This document shows positions 42,105-52,012 of a DNA stretch of 64,000 bases, piece by piece; positions within the stretch are counted from its first letter, which is position 1, and every line of letters begins with the position of its first letter. The stretch lies in assembly GCA_963754105.1 (NCBI GenBank), contig CAVWEZ010000007.1:315383-379382 (forward strand), read 5' to 3'. Below the pieces are notes generated by a model. That model did no database searches. It had not been told where the DNA came from and worked only from the letters and a program-made list of their open reading frames with translations. Source of the stretch: an uncultured Acidobacteriota bacterium (GTDB lineage: Bacteria; Acidobacteriota; Terriglobia; Acidiferrales; UBA7541). The position numbers and the translations under genes were made by a program.

Positions 42105-42839
42105 ATGCTCAAGGCAGGACCTGCCAAAAAGGTCAGCATCTCTGTAGGGGAAGATCACCAGTACCACGGGCAATCCTTGTATGTCGCGATTCTGGACTTT
42201 CTTTTCTACCGCGGAATCTCCGGCGCCAGCGTAACGCGAGGGATCGCGGGATTTGGAGCTGACCATCACCTACATACAACTCGGATTGAGGCCCTCACAC
42301 AGAACCTTCCAATGAAGATTGAATTTATCGAGTCTGCGGAGAAGGTCGAAGAAGTTTTGCCAAAACTCTACGAGTTGGCAGGTACGGGACTGATCGAAAT
42401 TCAAGACACCACGGTGCTCAAACCGGCGGAAGTATCGAAAAAAAAGGTCACGCAAGAATCGTCGCCATCCCTCAAGCGCGAGGGCAAGGCCAAGCTGATG
42501 AGGATTTATGTCGGCGAGAACGATAAGTGGAGCGATAAGCCGCTGTACAGGGCTTTGATCGAGAGCATGCGGGCAAATGACATCGCCGGAGTCACGGTGT
42601 ATCAGGGAATTCTGGGCTATGGTGCGAACCGGCGAATCCACAAGGATTCAGCGCTGCACCTCTCCCACGACCGCCCCATGATGTTGTCGGTCGTCGAAAC
42701 CGAGGAAAAGCTGCAGGCTTATTTCCCCGTTCTCGATCAGATGGTCCAGCAAGGGCTCGTTGTCTTGTCCGATGTGGACATCATCAAGTACACCCACGAC
42801 ATTGCGACAACGGAGCGGCGAAAGGAGGCCCGGTCATGA
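42105..42839 (+). CDS. DUF190 domain protein (two tandem DUF190/PII-like domains)
   Basis: KKVSISVGEDHQYHGQSLYVAILDFLFYRGISGASVTRGIAGFG... and KLMRIYVGENDKWSDKPLYRALIESMRANDIAGVTVYQGILGYG... Confidence 0.8.
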   Translation: MLKAGPAKKVSISVGEDHQYHGQSLYVAILDFLFYRGISGASVTRGIAGFGADHHLHTTRIEALTQNLPMKIEFIESAEKVEEVLPKLYELAGTGLIEIQDTTVLKPAEVSKKKVTQESSPSLKREGKAKLMRIYVGENDKWSDKPLYRALIESMRANDIAGVTVYQGILGYGANRRIHKDSALHLSHDRPMMLSVVETEEKLQAYFPVLDQMVQQGLVVLSDVDIIKYTHDIATTERRKEARS

Positions 42840-43183
42840 AGCTTTCAGGGAAGGCGAAAATGCTGCGAATCCACTTCGGTGAGGACGATAAGTGGAAGGG
42901 CAAACCGCTTTACCGCGCGATTGTTGAGAAATGCCGCGAATTGGACATTGCGGGCGCTACCGTACTGCGAGGCATCGAAGGATACGGGGCGAGCACACTC
43001 ATCCGAAGGCCTCACCTTCTTTCATTTTCCCACGACGCTCCCGTGATGGTGAGCGTCATCGATTCAGAGGACAAAATTCAAAAACTGTTGCCATTCCTCG
43101 ATGAAGTAGTCGCTGAGGGCCTGATCGCCACATCCGAAGTCGAGGTGATCAAGTACTCCCATCAGGACGGCGCCCGTTCTTAG
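42836..43183 (+). CDS. DUF190 domain protein (single domain)
   Basis: KMLRIHFGEDDKWKGKPLYRAIVEKCRELDIAGATVLRGIEGYG. The start overlaps the preceding stop (ATGA). Confidence 0.8.
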   Translation: MKLSGKAKMLRIHFGEDDKWKGKPLYRAIVEKCRELDIAGATVLRGIEGYGASTLIRRPHLLSFSHDAPVMVSVIDSEDKIQKLLPFLDEVVAEGLIATSEVEVIKYSHQDGARS

Positions 43184-43328
43184 CAGAAAACAACGAGGTA
43201 CAAAGAATCTACCTTGGCCGATGCGATTCGCGAAGTGCAGGCCCCAATGCCACGACGAACAACGCTGTATATTTATTCTGACCATCGATGCCAGCTAAAT
43301 CATTTCCATGTAAGATGTTAAAACACAC

Positions 43329-43403
43329 AGGGGCGTAGCTCAGTGGTAGAGCAGCGGCCTTTTAAGCCGAAGGTCGTGGGTTCGATCCCCACCGCCCCTA
43401 CCA
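43329..43403 (+). tRNA. tRNA-Lys (anticodon UUU)
   Basis: Folded by hand. Acceptor AGGGGCG/CGCCCCU, D arm GCUC-AGUGGUA-GAGC, anticodon loop CU-UUU-AA, T arm GUGGG-UUCGAUC-CCCAC, discriminator A and an encoded CCA. Confidence 0.93.
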
Positions 43404-43499
43404 ATCCAATTTGTTTTCAGCGACTTGCAACCATGTTTTTTAACAAAACGCGGTTTTTTAGCAGTTGGCCTCAGTTTACCAGTTTTGTCGATTCTGAAC

Positions 43500-43846
43500 C
43501 GCGTTGCGCTGTGCCTCTCCGACAACATGACCGTAAATTCCGAGCGTGATTCGTGCTTCGGAATGGCGGAGTTGTGCTTGCACAACGGCTGGAGTTGCGC
43601 CGTCCGCCAAAGGGAACTTGCAGCGCCGTGTCTCATCGAATGAAATCCACCACTGCTGCCCGTGCTACTTCTGCGATCCACAGAGTCCCTGGCAACGCGG
43701 CACCAACGAAAACACCAATCTGCTGTTACGGCAATACTTCCCGCACCGACCTGTCTGGCTATTCGCACGCGCAACTGGACGAGGTCTCGCTGCGCTTGAA
43801 TCAACGACCGAGAAAGACCTTAGGATTCCAAACCCCCTGCGAGTAA
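43500..43846 (+). mobile_element. Decayed 3' fragment of an IS30-family transposase gene
   Basis: Across two or three frames: YFCDPQSPWQRGTNENTNLLLRQYFP and TDLSGYSHAQLDEVSLRLNQRPRKTLGFQTPCE-stop, the conserved IS30 DDE C-terminal region. No intact N-terminus and no inverted repeats were identified. Confidence 0.65.
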
Positions 43847-44053
43847 ACTTGACGCAAGTGCGTCGACCGTCTGAGCCGGCACGGCTAATCGGGCACTACG
43901 CCGAGATCGTGATAAATTCGTGGCTGAGCACAATCCCGACGCACATGACATTGCCCGCCAACTTTCCCGCAAGTATTACTGTCCATGTCTTGCCCAATCC
44001 CGCCAGTGGCCTATCTTCGTTGGCGAAGACGGCATGTGCTTTCGAAGAGTTGC

Positions 44054-45376
44054 ATGTCTGATTCGTTGGTAAAAGCGGACACTACCAAAAAGGGGCCGCG
44101 GCCCAGCGGCGGGGCCGTGAGTGTTCTGCAGCGTCTTGGGCCTGGCGTGATTACTGGTGCTGCGGATGACGATCCGAGCGGCATTGCAACCTACTCACAG
44201 GTCGGGGCGCAATTCGGTTTGGGCATGCTCTGGACGATGCTGTTTTCCTTTCCCCTCATGGCGGCGATACAGGAAATCTGCGCCCGGCTCGGCCGAGTGA
44301 CGGGCCTCGGGATTGCTGGCAGCATGCGTCGGCATTATCCAAAGCCACTGCTCTATGGCCTCGTGTCTCTACTCTGCCTCGCCAATATTTTTAATCTTGG
44401 TGCTGACGTCACGGCCATGGGCGCCGCGGCGCAGCTCGTATTCCATGGACGCGTCGACGCTTACGTGGTTGTTTTTGGAGCGATTTCTCTGGTTCTCCAG
44501 ATCTACGTGCCCTACAGAAAATATGTTCATTACCTGAAATGGCTGACGCTTGTATTGTTGGCCTACGTCGCAACTGCGTTCGTCGTTCACGTTCCGTGGC
44601 TGAAAGCTATTCGCTCGACGCTCGTACCGTCGGTTACTTGGTCCACGGGCTATTGGATGGCGCTCGTTGGTGTGCTCGGAACCACGATCAGTCCCTATCT
44701 ATTTTTCTGGCAGACATCGGAAGAAGCCGAAGATGTACGCCTTAACAAGGGAGAGAAGCCCCTTAAGAAAAAGCCTTCTCAAGCTTACGAGCAATTCCGC
44801 CGCATAGCCATCGATACAAGAGTTGGGATGGGTTTCTCAAATCTGGTGGCCTTCTTCATCATCCTGACCACGGCGGTGACCTTACATGTGGCCGGCGCCG
44901 GCAAACCAATCAAGACCGCTGCCGATGCCGCCAAGGCCCTTCAACCGCTCGCCGGGAACCTCGCCTTCCTGCTTTTCGCCCTGGGAATCATCGGCACGGG
45001 CTTATTGGCGATCCCCGTCCTGGCGGGTTCGGCTGCTTACGCCGTCGCGGAAACATTCCAATGGCGGGCGAGCCTTGAAAGCAAGCCGCGCCGCGCGCCG
45101 CAATTTTATCTTGTTCTCGCGGTGGCCACGATTCTTGGAATTTTGCTGAATTTCGTCGGACTAGACCCTATCCGCGCCCTTTTCTGGTCTGCCATAATCA
45201 ATGGCACAGTGGCTGTGCCCCTCATGGTAATGCTAATGGTGATTTCGGCGAACAAGGCCATCGTCGGCAACTTTTCGCTCCCGGCGCATCTCCGTGTAAC
45301 AGGGTGGAGTGCGACGATTGCCATGTTCCTGGCATCACTTGCCTTCATCGTGAGCGGAATCAGCGGACTATTTTGA
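44054..45376 (+). CDS. NRAMP family divalent metal cation transporter
   Basis: An intact ORF of about 440 aa with LGPGVITGAADDDPSGIATYSQVGAQFG and many TM segments. The start is placed at MSDSLV, although the ORF opens at 43985. Confidence 0.85.
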   Translation: MSDSLVKADTTKKGPRPSGGAVSVLQRLGPGVITGAADDDPSGIATYSQVGAQFGLGMLWTMLFSFPLMAAIQEICARLGRVTGLGIAGSMRRHYPKPLLYGLVSLLCLANIFNLGADVTAMGAAAQLVFHGRVDAYVVVFGAISLVLQIYVPYRKYVHYLKWLTLVLLAYVATAFVVHVPWLKAIRSTLVPSVTWSTGYWMALVGVLGTTISPYLFFWQTSEEAEDVRLNKGEKPLKKKPSQAYEQFRRIAIDTRVGMGFSNLVAFFIILTTAVTLHVAGAGKPIKTAADAAKALQPLAGNLAFLLFALGIIGTGLLAIPVLAGSAAYAVAETFQWRASLESKPRRAPQFYLVLAVATILGILLNFVGLDPIRALFWSAIINGTVAVPLMVMLMVISANKAIVGNFSLPAHLRVTGWSATIAMFLASLAFIVSGISGLF

Positions 45377-45518
45377 CTTCCGGAAAACAATCCCGAAGAC
45401 ACAGTCCGAGCAACGCCTGTCGTTGCAATCTGAAAAGTGTCACAATCATTCGGACGAGTACATGCGCTTGACCGGGATTGATGGGCGCGATAGGCTAGCT
45501 AAACAACCGCGAAACTTG

Positions 45519-46600
45519 ATGAAGCAAACCGTCCGAATTGCCGGAGGGATCAACGAGCTCTTCGGCACCCTCGATGAAAACCTGAAGTTCTTGGAATCCT
45601 CGCTGCACGTCAGCACGCACCTGAAGGATCACGACCTCGAGATCGAAGGCGAAGCCAGCCAGGTGGAGCGGGCCGGCGCACATTCTGGATGCCTACAACG
45701 AGCGCATCCGCGCACGGGCAGATTCCTACGCAGCCAGGAAGTGAAATCGCTGCTGCGCGTCGCCGCGGACGAAGCCCGCGTCGACATTGCGACGGCGCTT
45801 TCTCGCCCACGCGCACGCGGGCGCTTGGGCAAGAAAGAGCGTCGCACCGAAAAGCCCGAACCAGCGGCGCTACATCGAGGCCCTCGAAACCTACGACATG
45901 GTTTTCGCGATCGGTCCCGGCGGCACGGGGAAAACCTATCTTGCCGTGGCGATGGCGGTTTCGGCGCTGCTTTCGAAGCAAGTGAACCGAATCATTCTGG
46001 CGCGGCCGGCGGTGGAAGCGGGCGAGCGGCTGGGATTTCTTGCCCGGAACGCTGCAGGAAAAAGTCGATCCGTACATGCGGCCGCTTTACGACGCGCTGC
46101 ACGATCTGCTGGAAGCCGACAAGCTCGAGCGGTTTCTCGAAAAGGACATCATCGAAGTCGCGCCGCTGGCTTTCATGCGCGGGCGCACGCTGAACGATTC
46201 GTTCGTGATTCTGGACGAAGCGCAGAACACCACCAGCGAGCAGATGAAAATGTTCCTCACGCGCCTGGGCTTCAATTCCAAGGCGGTGATCACCGGCGAC
46301 GTGACGCAAATCGATTTGCCGGACGCGCGGCGCTCAGGGCTGGTCGAGGCCATCGAAGTCGTCGGCAAGATCGAAGGCATCGCGCTGGTCTATTTCGACG
46401 AGCGCGACGTGGTGCGGCACAACCTGGTGCAGCGCATCATCAAGGCCTACGACGAATATTCCGGGGGACAAACTGGCGGAAACTCCGGCCGCAGGCGCGT
46501 CAGGCTCTGGCCGCCCCAATTCCAACCGGGAAAATGGCCCTCACAATTAAGGCGAGAGCGGTTTCAAGTCCAACGCCCCAATCTCCATGACGGCGATTGA
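45519..46600 (+). pseudogene. phoH: PhoH family ATPase (YbeZ-like); at least 3 frame interruptions, and the 3' end is uncertain (46550 or 46600)
   Basis: [37 protein letters not shown]...[18 protein letters not shown] / [19 protein letters not shown]...[37 protein letters not shown]...[10 protein letters not shown]. Confidence 0.85.
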
Positions 46601-47544
46601 AAACTGGGTTGCGCAAATTCGCGCGGGCGACGTGCGCGCCATGTCGCGCGCCGTGTCCGCGATCGAGAATCGGACGACCGAAGCCGAAGCCCTGCTGCGA
46701 GCCCTCTTTCCTTTTTACCGGAAAAGCCTTTCGAGTGGGGATCACCGGCGCTCCTGGAACGGGCAAGAGTACCCTCGCGGACCGGCTCGCCTCCCACTAC
46801 CGCGCGCACGCAAAGGGGGTCGGCATCATCGCCGTCGATCCCTCCAGCCCGTTTACCGGAGGTGCGATTCTGGGTGATCGCATCCGCATGCAAGGCCACT
46901 CATCCGACGAAGGCGTCTTCATACGTTCGATGGCCACGCGCGGTCAACTGGGAGGGCTTGCGCAATCCACGGGCGACGTGATGTTGCTTTTGGACGCCGC
47001 AGGAAAAGACATGATCCTCGTCGAGACCGTTGGCGTGGGGCAGGGCGAAATTGAAATTGTGCGGCTCGCGGATTGCACGGTGGTGGTGCTCGTGCCCGGC
47101 ATGGGAGACGACGTGCAAAGCCTCAAGGCCGGCCTGATGGAAATCGGAGATATTTTTGTTCTCAATAAGAGCGATCGCGAAGGCGCAGGGCAATTCCAAG
47201 AGCGGCTTCGCGCTATTTTGCAACTGATGCCGGATCGAGAGGGCTGGAGGCCGCCGGTCGTCCGCACAGTTGCAACTGAAAATACGGGTGTGGACGAATT
47301 GGCGCGGCAAATCGCGCTTTTTCGGGAGCATTTTTCGAGCGCGCCGAGCCGCGGCAGTCGCGAAGTCGCTTACTGGAAGGAATGGTTGATGCGGCTGGTC
47401 CGAGCGCGATTGCTTGAGCAAGTGGCGGCTAGCGGGATGACGGACGCGAAGTTCGAGGCGTTGGCGTCACAAGTGGCAGCGCGGAAGAAAGACCCATACG
47501 CCGCCGCGAGCGAGATTCTGTCCCGCGCCGGATCGACCAGCTAA
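46587..47544 (+). pseudogene. meaB: Methylmalonyl-CoA mutase-associated GTPase MeaB/ArgK family; frame interrupted near 46715
   Basis: [43 protein letters not shown] / TGKAFRVGITGAPGTGKSTL...VDPSSPFTGGAILGDRIRM...VETVGVGQGE...NKSD. Confidence 0.85.
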
Positions 47545-48154
47545 TCCCAGAAGTCGTCGCGATCAACGAGCTCGACGCCGATCTGGCGCTGGCCTTCGGA
47601 GTCAATACGAGAATGACCACGCGGGCCGACGCGCGGCCACCCTTGTCCTTGCGCGTCACTATCACCATCCCGCCCTTTTCAACCGGATGGCGGCATACGA
47701 AACCAGCGCCGTGGCGACTCAGCGTCGAAGTCCAAGTATCTTCTTCCCACGTTCGGCGCGGATCCTCGCGGCGCAGCCACACGGGCACTGCCGTGGCCGT
47801 GCGGGGGCTTCGCCTGAGAGATTTGCCCGTTGAAGATATCCACGCGAGAACATCTTGAAGACGCGTTTTCATCTGCTGATCCGCGAGGCGTCCATCGTCG
47901 GCAAGGTCCTCGGCTTGGCGCGCCCATTGCGCCAAGAATTCCTTGAAAGCGCCGGCGGCCGTGGCGTCCGGCTTCTGCAGCAAGCGTTTGTGGCGCGCTT
48001 GCAGTTCCTGGAACGAGTCCGAAAGGAAATGATTGAGGCAAAAGAGGCGCGAATCGACTTCCGCGGAGACAACGTCCTCGCAGGATTCAACGCTGCATGA
48101 AATATTGCCGGCTGCCAGTAGTAGGAGGCCCACCGATTCGATTTGACCTTCCAT
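47541..48154 (-). pseudogene. Protein with an N-terminal Cys motif and a C-terminal PilZ domain; frame interrupted near 47590-47610
   Basis: MEGQIESVGLLLLAAGNISCSVESCEDVVSAEVDSRLFCLNHF..., then RRSPRTATAVPVWLRRE...STLSRHGAGFV (RxxxR and SxxG PilZ signatures). The C-terminus VVHSRIDSEGQRQIGVELVDRDDFWD-stop lies in the +1 frame. GGAG precedes the ATG. Confidence 0.6.
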
Positions 48155-48189
48155 CGCTCCGCCTGGAAACGGCCCTGATGGGGGCCCGC

Positions 48190-49567
48190 CTAGTCCTTGG
48201 ACAGTTTCCCGAGTCCCTGAGCCAGCTGAGAAATCGCGCCGCTGACAAATTCGAGATGGCTGCGGCTGTGACGCGACATTTCCGCCGCGAATTGGCGCGA
48301 TATCTCCGCGGCCTTTTCTTTCAAGCCGGCAAGAGCGCCTTCGGCGACAGGCTCCAACGCGCCCTTTAGGCGGGCTTGAGTTTCTGCCTCCTCCTGCTGG
48401 GCCGAAGCGCGAACAGTCTGGAGAGCCGAGTCCGCAGCGGCGGTGGCGGCGCGCTCCATTTCCTGGCGAGCGCCATCGAGGCCCTTCTGAACAATCGTTT
48501 CCAGCCGCTTGTCTAGCCGCGCGCAAGTCTCTTCGAGCCGGGCCGCGGAGTGGTCCACAGACTGCCGGCAAAGCGTTTCGAAGTCCTCTTGGCGTTTGGT
48601 CAGATCCGCTACCACCTGGCGCGCATGATCGATCACCGGTCCCGACTCTTGCTTCAGGCGGGCGATGATGCGATCCACTGCGTCCTTTCGGGAACTATCG
48701 AGAAATCCCTGAAGCCGGCTTTGGGCCATGGCCGTCAGCGTCGTGGAAACCTCCTCCAGCTCGCGATTGCGAGTTTCCAGCGAAGTGAGAGCCCCCTGAA
48801 GTTCCGCTTCGATTTTCTTGGTCCATTCGGCGTGGCGCGCTTGCACGGTTCGTTCGCCGGCCTGGCTCAAGTGCTTGAGAGAGCGATCGATCCACGGGCC
48901 GGTCTGCGCTGAAATAACTTCGCCGACGATTCGCTCCGCTTCTTCCCGGAGGGCGGCGCGCATCCCACTGAGCAGATCGTCTGCTTTATCCCGAACAACA
49001 GCTTCCGCCGCGTCGGAGAGCATCGCTTCCATCTGTTGCTGAAAACCGCCGATTAACTGGCCCAGGGGCCGCCCGCCGGAAGATTGCGGCGAGACGGATG
49101 CTCCTTTGCCGCGCTCCTCCTTCGCGACGGAAGTCGCCTCGGGCCGGAGAACCGCTACCGCCTTCGGTTTGGGCTCGGGTTCGGGATTCGAGAGGCCCGC
49201 AAAAAGGCAGCCAATCGCCGGGCGGCGAATCGATGCCCCAGATGTTGCCGGGCGCGTCGAGTTCGATCGCGGTCAGGTGGAGGCCGCCGGTTTGGACGGG
49301 GCGCTGGGTCCATTTCACGTGGCCGCGCGCGGAAACCGGCTTCGCATCCTTGCCGTTCAATTGCAGCACGACGAACGCGTTGTTCAACACCTCGTGGTTC
49401 GACTCGTACATGCAGCCGTGGGCATTGACGGTTATGGTGGATACTTCCTCGTGGTAAGGGCCGCGGAACGAGTCCACGCCCTCCACAGCGAGTTGAACGG
49501 CGCGGTTGACGCGAGTGCTGCGCCGCATTTTCGATCCTGAATGAACTGCAAGTGAGCTGTTTGACAC
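48190..49567 (-). pseudogene. N-terminal PilZ domain fused to a long coiled-coil (apolipoprotein-like) region; frame interrupted near 49185-49195
   Basis: MRRSTRVNRAVQLAVEG...STITVNAHGCMYES carries the PilZ signatures. After ...PPGDWLPF the protein continues in another frame as AGLSNPEPEPKPKAVAVLRPE...QQQMEAMLSDAAEAVVRDKADDLLSGMRAALREEAERI... (about 280 aa of heptad-like helix). Confidence 0.6.
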
Positions 49568-49677
49568 GTTTTCCCTCTGTGTGCTGTTTGAGACACAATA
49601 TAAGACGCGCCACGCCGGGGAGTACCCGGCAAATCAACAACCCTGCGTCAATCAGTTACTACCCATTTGGCGCCCTG

Positions 49678-49780
49678 TGTGGAGTGCGGGAGCTTGCTCC
49701 CGCTCAGGAAGGGCTCCCAGGTCGACGGCTAGTCGAGCCTGGGAGATCAGAGCCCGGGCTTGCCCGGGCGTGCTCCTCGA
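49678..49780 (+). repeat. Repeat family B, copy 2, interrupted by a partial family-A element (49705-49750)
   Basis: tgtggagtgcgggagcttgctcccgctcag-[gaagggctcccaggtcgacggctagtcgagcctgggagatcag]-agcccgggcttgcccgggcgtgctcc. The bracketed part equals the 3' hairpin half of family A. Confidence 0.75.
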
Positions 49781-49938
49781 ATGCGGACGCGGCGTCCAGT
49801 GCCGTTGCCGTCGTTGGGCCACGATATCGTGCCTGGCACACATGCTCGGCTACTTGCTCGCTATCTGCCGAGCAGCTCTTGTAGCGCCGGCATCTTGCCG
49901 GCGTCTTTGCCTTTTCCCCTTAGCTTTCGTCAAGGTCC

Positions 49939-50056
49939 GTCATTCCGAGCGGAGTGTCCCGCGTTTTCGGTTTTGCGCGAAGCGCCGGGACACAATCAAG
50001 GGCTCCCAGGTCGACGGCCAGTCGAACCTGGGAGATCGTCGAGGAATCTCTCTCGG
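49939..50056 (+). repeat. Intergenic repeat family A, copy 3
   Basis: gtcattccgagcggagtgtcccgcg...gcgcgaagcgccgggac...ggctcccaggtcgacggccagtcgaacctgggag...aatctctctcgg. Confidence 0.85.
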
Positions 50057-50168
50057 ATGTAATCAGGAGGCGTCCGCCAACGTCTCAGTTTGAACTTTCC
50101 ATCCTCGCCTGTTAATTTTGTTTACCTGTTTTGAAGATCGCGACACACACTCCGTGGCCGGGGGCCAG

Positions 50169-51005
50169 ATGAAGCTGGGCGACATCGAATTCCACATCAT
50201 TTGCGCCGGACACGTGATGCTCGATGGCGGGGCAATGTTCGGCGTGATTCCGCGTACTTTGTGGGAGAAAAAGATCGCGCCCGACGCGCGCAACCGCATC
50301 ACCCTGGCCATGAACTGCCTCCTGATTCACGCTGGAGGTAAGCGCATCCTCGTAGAAACCGGCGCGGGCGACAAATGGAGCCCCAAACTGCGGGATATTT
50401 ACGGTATTGAGCAGTCCCGCCTGGCGGATGGCCTGCGCGAATACGGTCTGCATCCACAAGATATCGACGTCGTTGTGAACACGCATTTGCACTTCGATCA
50501 CTGCGGTGGCAACACCTCAACTGAAAAAGATAAAGTCGTGCCTGTGTTTCCCAACGCCCGCTACGTCGTGCAGCGCGGAGAATTCGACCACGGGAAAAAT
50601 CCCAACGAGCGCGACCGCGCCAGCTATTTTGAAGAAAACTATGTTCCCCTGGAATCCGGCGGGATGCTGTCGCCGGTCGAAGGCGACCATGCCATCATGC
50701 CAGGTGTCGAGCTGATCGTAGTCCCTGGTCATACCGCGCACATGCAGTGCCTGAAACTCACTGGTGGCGGCAAGACCGCCTTCTTTTTCGCGGACTTGAT
50801 TCCCACCACCGCGCACCTGCCTCTTCCGTGGATTATGGGTTACGATCTTTACCCCATGACGACGCTTGAGAATAAGAAGCGCTGGGTTCCGCAGGTGATT
50901 CGCGAAGGCTGGCTCGCGCTTTTTGGACACGATGCGCGCGTGCCGGCAGCACATCTTCGCGAGAGGGATGGAACTTGGGAAGCCGAGCCTGCGCAAATCG
51001 ACTGA
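50169..51005 (+). CDS. MBL-fold metallo-hydrolase
   Basis: NTHLHFDHCGGN (HxHxDH motif) and VVPGHTAHM are present. The start is placed at MKLGDIEF, although the ORF opens at 50118. Confidence 0.85.
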   Translation: MKLGDIEFHIICAGHVMLDGGAMFGVIPRTLWEKKIAPDARNRITLAMNCLLIHAGGKRILVETGAGDKWSPKLRDIYGIEQSRLADGLREYGLHPQDIDVVVNTHLHFDHCGGNTSTEKDKVVPVFPNARYVVQRGEFDHGKNPNERDRASYFEENYVPLESGGMLSPVEGDHAIMPGVELIVVPGHTAHMQCLKLTGGGKTAFFFADLIPTTAHLPLPWIMGYDLYPMTTLENKKRWVPQVIREGWLALFGHDARVPAAHLRERDGTWEAEPAQID

Positions 51006-51020
51006 AATTCAGGAGCGTGG

Positions 51021-51920
51021 ATGCCGAAAACGAAGAAAGGGAAGAGAAGTGCCAAGAGGGAGCCGGTCAGCATAGGTATCATTGGCGGCAGCGGGCTCTA
51101 TCACATGGCAGGGCTGACGGAAACGCGCGAAATGCGCGTAAAGACGCCCTTCGGCGAGCCATCGGATGCAGTGGTGATCGGGAAACTCGAGGGGCGCCGG
51201 GTGGCATTCCTTTCGCGCCACGGGCGCGGGCATCGCCTATCTCCCAGCGAAATCAATTATCGCGCGAACATTTGCGCTCTGAAAATACTTGGCGTAGAGC
51301 GCATCATTTCCGTGAGCGCCGTTGGTTCTCTCCGCGAGGATGTCCCACCGCTCGATTTTGTGATCCCCAACCAGTTTTTCGACCGCACGCGCGGACGAAC
51401 GGCGACCTTTTTTGGTGGCGGCGTTGTGGCGCATGTGGGATTCGCCCAGCCCACCTGCCCACAGCTTTCCGCCCAACTAGCCGACGCCTGCGATCGCGCC
51501 AGAGTGAAAGTCCATCGCGGCGGGACCTACGTCTGCATGGAAGGGCCGCAGTTTTCAACCTTGGCCGAGTCGCATACCTACCGGCAGCTGCGTTTTGACG
51601 TGATCGGAATGACTGGAGTCACCGAGGCCAAGCTCGCCCGAGAGGCCGAACTTTGTTACGCTACCTTCGCGTTGGTCACCGATTACGATTGTTGGCACCC
51701 AGAACACGGCTCGGTCACCCTCGAAGAAATTATTTCGAATATGGCGAAAAATTCGGACAACGTGCAGCGCACCATCCGAGAGGCCGTCAGTGCTCTGGGA
51801 AACGACCGCGATTGCAAGTGCGGGTCCGCGCTCGCGCACGCAATCCTTACCGATCGGAAGGCAATTCCGGCCGCGGCAAAAAAGCGCCTCGCGCCGATTG
51901 CCGGCAAATACATTTCATAG
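51021..51920 (+). CDS. mtnP: S-methyl-5'-thioadenosine phosphorylase
   Basis: IGIIGGSGLY...FLSRHGRGHRLSPSEINYRANICALKILGVERIISVSAVGSL...YVCMEGPQFST.AES...GMTGVTEAKLAREAE. Confidence 0.9.
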   Translation: MPKTKKGKRSAKREPVSIGIIGGSGLYHMAGLTETREMRVKTPFGEPSDAVVIGKLEGRRVAFLSRHGRGHRLSPSEINYRANICALKILGVERIISVSAVGSLREDVPPLDFVIPNQFFDRTRGRTATFFGGGVVAHVGFAQPTCPQLSAQLADACDRARVKVHRGGTYVCMEGPQFSTLAESHTYRQLRFDVIGMTGVTEAKLAREAELCYATFALVTDYDCWHPEHGSVTLEEIISNMAKNSDNVQRTIREAVSALGNDRDCKCGSALAHAILTDRKAIPAAAKKRLAPIAGKYIS

Positions 51921-52012
51921 GGAAATCTACTCGCAGTTGCTTTTGGGGCGCGTGCCTGTCCTTTGTCAAAACGCGGAACCGCTCGGCGGTCCGCTAAAAA
52001 CCTGGAGACCTC

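Noticed and set aside
47541-47544. The 4-nt overlap of the convergent meaB and PilZ-gene stop codons as a regulatory feature.
   Set aside because: Short convergent overlaps are common and carry no specific signal here. The position of the PilZ stop also depends on a frame correction.
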